DNA from: a virus
Lineage: Duplodnaviria > Caudoviricetes
DNA: 47,681 nt
Direction: 5' to 3' (one strand)
Virus record (IMG/VR): IMGVR_UViG_3300017913_001518
Location: 1 to 47,681 of that record
Below are positions 45,257 through 47,681 of this stretch, one piece after another. Each line of letters opens with the position of its first letter. Positions within the stretch are counted from its first letter, which is position 1. The translations under genes were made by a program, and so were the position numbers. The notes beneath the pieces are model-generated. The model was not told where the DNA came from, searched no databases, and saw only the letters and a list, made by a program, of their open reading frames with translations.

Positions 45257-45922
45257 ATGGACTTTAATAATATCTTAAACAAGTTTGATGATCTAGGAAT
45301 TATAAACAAAGGGTTTACACCTGACGATCCTGTAGCAGTAGCACAACAGGAAAAGAAAATGATGACTCCTCCTAGCACTGAACAAGATCATGCACGTATG
45401 GTTTCTGAAAGTGTAGCGGGCAAACATATTCCCGGAGTGAGCGATATTAAAGCAACAGACATGGCGGCACTTGCTGGTGTAAGCAGAACAACTAAAGTTG
45501 CACCACAAACGACAATGAGTGTTGACCCTACACCCCCACTAAGACCAAGTCCAACACAGCCTAATCCAAATGTAGATTTTGATACTGTGATGTCAAGACT
45601 AGATGCAATTGAAACAAAATTACAAAAAGTATTTGAAGCGATTGAACCAGCAAAGCCTATGCAAGAAGGTAACTTAACAGTAAAGCGTAGAGAATTTACA
45701 GGAAACCTAGCAATGGCTATGGATCAATTGGTTGATAAAAGCAAAGACAACGAAAAGGTAATCAACACAATTCAAAAATTGTACAAACTTGCAACAGGCA
45801 AAGATGTAACTTATGATTCTAAACACGACACGTTTACTGTTTTAGATCCAAGACAAAGACAAGAAGCACCCAAGCCTAGCAGAGACTACGATTCTTTGTT
45901 TAAAGACTACCTTAAAAGGTAA
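45257..45922 (+). CDS. Hypothetical protein (MDFNNILNKFD N-terminus)
   Basis: 221-aa ORF; N-terminus resembles that of the 38914 protein. Confidence 0.65.
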   Translation: MDFNNILNKFDDLGIINKGFTPDDPVAVAQQEKKMMTPPSTEQDHARMVSESVAGKHIPGVSDIKATDMAALAGVSRTTKVAPQTTMSVDPTPPLRPSPTQPNPNVDFDTVMSRLDAIETKLQKVFEAIEPAKPMQEGNLTVKRREFTGNLAMAMDQLVDKSKDNEKVINTIQKLYKLATGKDVTYDSKHDTFTVLDPRQRQEAPKPSRDYDSLFKDYLKR

Positions 45923-45924
45923 CC

Positions 45925-46575
45925 ATGGCATTCCTAGTACATAACTTACCACCCGTAGAAGTCTATGTAAAAAAAGAATACCTGTATGACCATCAAAAGG
46001 GCCACGGAGAACTTACTCCAGGTATGTGGATCAGCATTAGAAGTATACAAGGCAAGGCCTTATACTTTGAAACACTGCTATTAGAGTATGGTGCATTGTA
46101 CGATAAACTTCCTATATCAGCGTTTGTATGGAAAGAAGATTACGATAAAGACAATCAACTTCCACTAGACACACTACAAATATGGGACTGTTTTGATTAT
46201 GACATCACTGTCATTAAAAAGCCTATGCTATCTAATTGTGAATTCTTTGGCAAGGATCGTAAAATGCACAAAGGTGAATACATGTTTACCTTAGATACCT
46301 GTCATGCACAGAGTTCAACACTTGATACCAATTTCAGTGAACATGATCCAGAACATAAAACATTCAATATTATAAAATTAGATAATGGACAAATTGCCGC
46401 ACAGCCAAACAACAGAGTTGTGTTCACAGATCAAAGCCTGGTACCTGCAGAACGTAAGACACCAGATTTTAAAGTTTGCACACAAAACTATACAGTAGAA
46501 AACACACCCAAGTGGAGTGTAGGACACACAGATGAATGGGCCTACAAAGATAAAGGTGAGGGACTTAAAGATTAA
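45925..46575 (+). CDS. Hypothetical protein
   Basis: 216-aa globular-looking ORF (GALYDKLPISAF, LQIWDCF, AQPNNR). Confidence 0.7.
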   Translation: MAFLVHNLPPVEVYVKKEYLYDHQKGHGELTPGMWISIRSIQGKALYFETLLLEYGALYDKLPISAFVWKEDYDKDNQLPLDTLQIWDCFDYDITVIKKPMLSNCEFFGKDRKMHKGEYMFTLDTCHAQSSTLDTNFSEHDPEHKTFNIIKLDNGQIAAQPNNRVVFTDQSLVPAERKTPDFKVCTQNYTVENTPKWSVGHTDEWAYKDKGEGLKD

Positions 46576-47182
46576 AAATCCAATCACACACGACTCTGAC
46601 GAAGATATTTTTTGGAAAAATGCAGATCCTGATCATCTTTGGTTAATGGACAAACTGATATTGAGTCGGAAACTAGGATATACTTGCGGTCCTACAGGCC
46701 TTGACGTACCAATGCCTGGATACTATATTGTCAGACCTTGTGTAAATCTTATGGGGTTAGGACTAGGTGCTGAAAAGGTTTACATAGAAAAAGAAACCAT
46801 GCATTTGCCATTGGGATATTTTTGGTGCGAGTGGTTTGAAGGCAGACATCTAAGTGTAGACTATCAATATGGACTTCCGAAATTGTGTGTTGAAGGATTC
46901 AAAAAACCAGATACATTTACACGCTGGGACCGATGGGTAAAGACAAATGACTTTGTGCATTTTCCAGATGTTCTAGATGACTTTATACATTATCCCAAAG
47001 TGAACTGTGAATTTATAGGCGGTAAATTAATCGAAGTTCATTTACGAGGCAATCCTGATTTTGAGGAAGATATTCAAGAGTTTATTCCTGTTTGGAACGG
47101 TCAAAGCACAGTTCCTCCAAAAGGTTATCGCTACGTAGACTATCCAGATGTACACGATCGTATCGGTGCATTCATAAAATAA
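46532..47182 (+). CDS. Putative ATP-grasp-fold protein (start uncertain)
   Basis: DKL.L...LG, YIVRP..N..G.G.G, CEWFEG.H.SVD and IEVH.R.N resemble ATP-grasp signatures. Confidence 0.5.
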   Translation: MNGPTKIKVRDLKIKNPITHDSDEDIFWKNADPDHLWLMDKLILSRKLGYTCGPTGLDVPMPGYYIVRPCVNLMGLGLGAEKVYIEKETMHLPLGYFWCEWFEGRHLSVDYQYGLPKLCVEGFKKPDTFTRWDRWVKTNDFVHFPDVLDDFIHYPKVNCEFIGGKLIEVHLRGNPDFEEDIQEFIPVWNGQSTVPPKGYRYVDYPDVHDRIGAFIK

Positions 47183-47190
47183 AATAGTGG

Positions 47191-47219
47191 TTGACTTCTA
47201 GCATAAATCATAATATAAT
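47191..47219 (+). promoter_or_regulatory. Sigma70-type promoter
   Basis: TTGACT-17 nt-TATAAT. Confidence 0.8.
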
Positions 47220-47248
47220 ATAGAAATAAATTAATGAAGGAGACTCAT

Positions 47249-47509
47249 ATGAGTTCAAAAGTTTTTGGCCCTGAAGAAAAGGCTAAACTGCAACAGGTTA
47301 TCAACGACGGTGTTAACGTAAAGCAAGAAGTAGAAGATCTTACTGAAGGTCTTAGAGACACTGTAAAGGCTGTTGCTGAAGAACTAGATCTTAAGCCAAG
47401 TTTGATCAACAAAGCGATTAGCATTGCACACAAATCAAACTGGAGTGAAGTATCTAGCGACTTTGACGACTTAGAAGGGATTATTGTTACTACTGGCCGA
47501 GACAAGTAG
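47249..47509 (+). CDS. GapR/T4 DsbA-like double-stranded DNA-binding protein (start re-assigned to 47249)
   Basis: Long helix with KQEVEDL.E..RD....V.EE..L.P..I.K.I pattern; SD AAGGAG. Confidence 0.55.
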   Translation: MSSKVFGPEEKAKLQQVINDGVNVKQEVEDLTEGLRDTVKAVAEELDLKPSLINKAISIAHKSNWSEVSSDFDDLEGIIVTTGRDK

Positions 47510-47511
47510 TG

Positions 47512-47681
47512 ATGGTCGACAAAGTAAAAAGTTTTTGGGTAAACAGTTATACGTCTGACAAGACAGCATTTGTTTACGAACTTATAAGTTTTATATTTAC
47601 AGTTGGTGCAAGTATGACACTGGCTGTAACTGCTAAAGACCCAAACATGTTAATTGTTTACCCAGGGTTTTTTGTAGGAAG
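47512..47681 (+). CDS. Membrane protein, 3'-truncated by the window edge
   Basis: MVDKVKSFWVNSYTSDKTAFVYELISFIFTVGASMTLAVTAKDPNMLIVYPGFFVG; reading frame open to the end. Confidence 0.65.
   Translation, partial: MVDKVKSFWVNSYTSDKTAFVYELISFIFTVGASMTLAVTAKDPNMLIVYPGFFVG

Noticed and set aside
1-47681. Stop-codon reassignment, as seen in some large phages
   Set aside because: Genes tile densely under the standard code, and TAA, TAG and TGA all end recognisable full-length proteins.
1-47681. tRNA, rRNA, introns, inteins or transposases
   Set aside because: Intergenic gaps are short, and no cloverleaf, intein or transposase motifs were recognised by eye; tRNAscan-SE or Infernal would be needed to exclude them formally.

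Overview
This 47.7 kb window is AT-rich, gene-dense and almost entirely + strand, and it reads as part of a large tailed bacteriophage (T4-like/jumbo myovirus style) infecting a Gram-negative host. It contains: (1) large virion/tail/baseplate genes (1865-14181, 30605-37503); (2) replication and accessory genes (UvsE, IscA, a stand-alone DnaE fragment, GroES-like, MazG, KdsA, TagD-like cytidylyltransferase, RFC-type clamp loader, two 2OG-Fe(II) oxygenases, a 7Fe ferredoxin, PhoH); (3) a lysis cassette (GH108 endolysin, overlapping spanins, an unannotated extra lipoprotein, a putative holin); (4) a DnaJ-Def-ClpA unit; and (5) a ~7 kb late cluster (38914-45922). Proteins in that cluster share capsid-targeting-like N-termini and are split by (I/L/V/T/M)-x-E motifs into small modules, consistent with polyproteins processed by a prohead protease. 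One module begins with a complete internal twin-arginine (Tat) signal peptide. T4-type late promoters (xxTAAATA) and sigma70 promoters recur, and several sit only 5-8 nt before an ATG with no Shine-Dalgarno sequence, suggesting leaderless mRNAs. No tRNA, rRNA, CRISPR array or mobile element was recognised. All protein family calls come from motifs recognised by eye, not from database searches.
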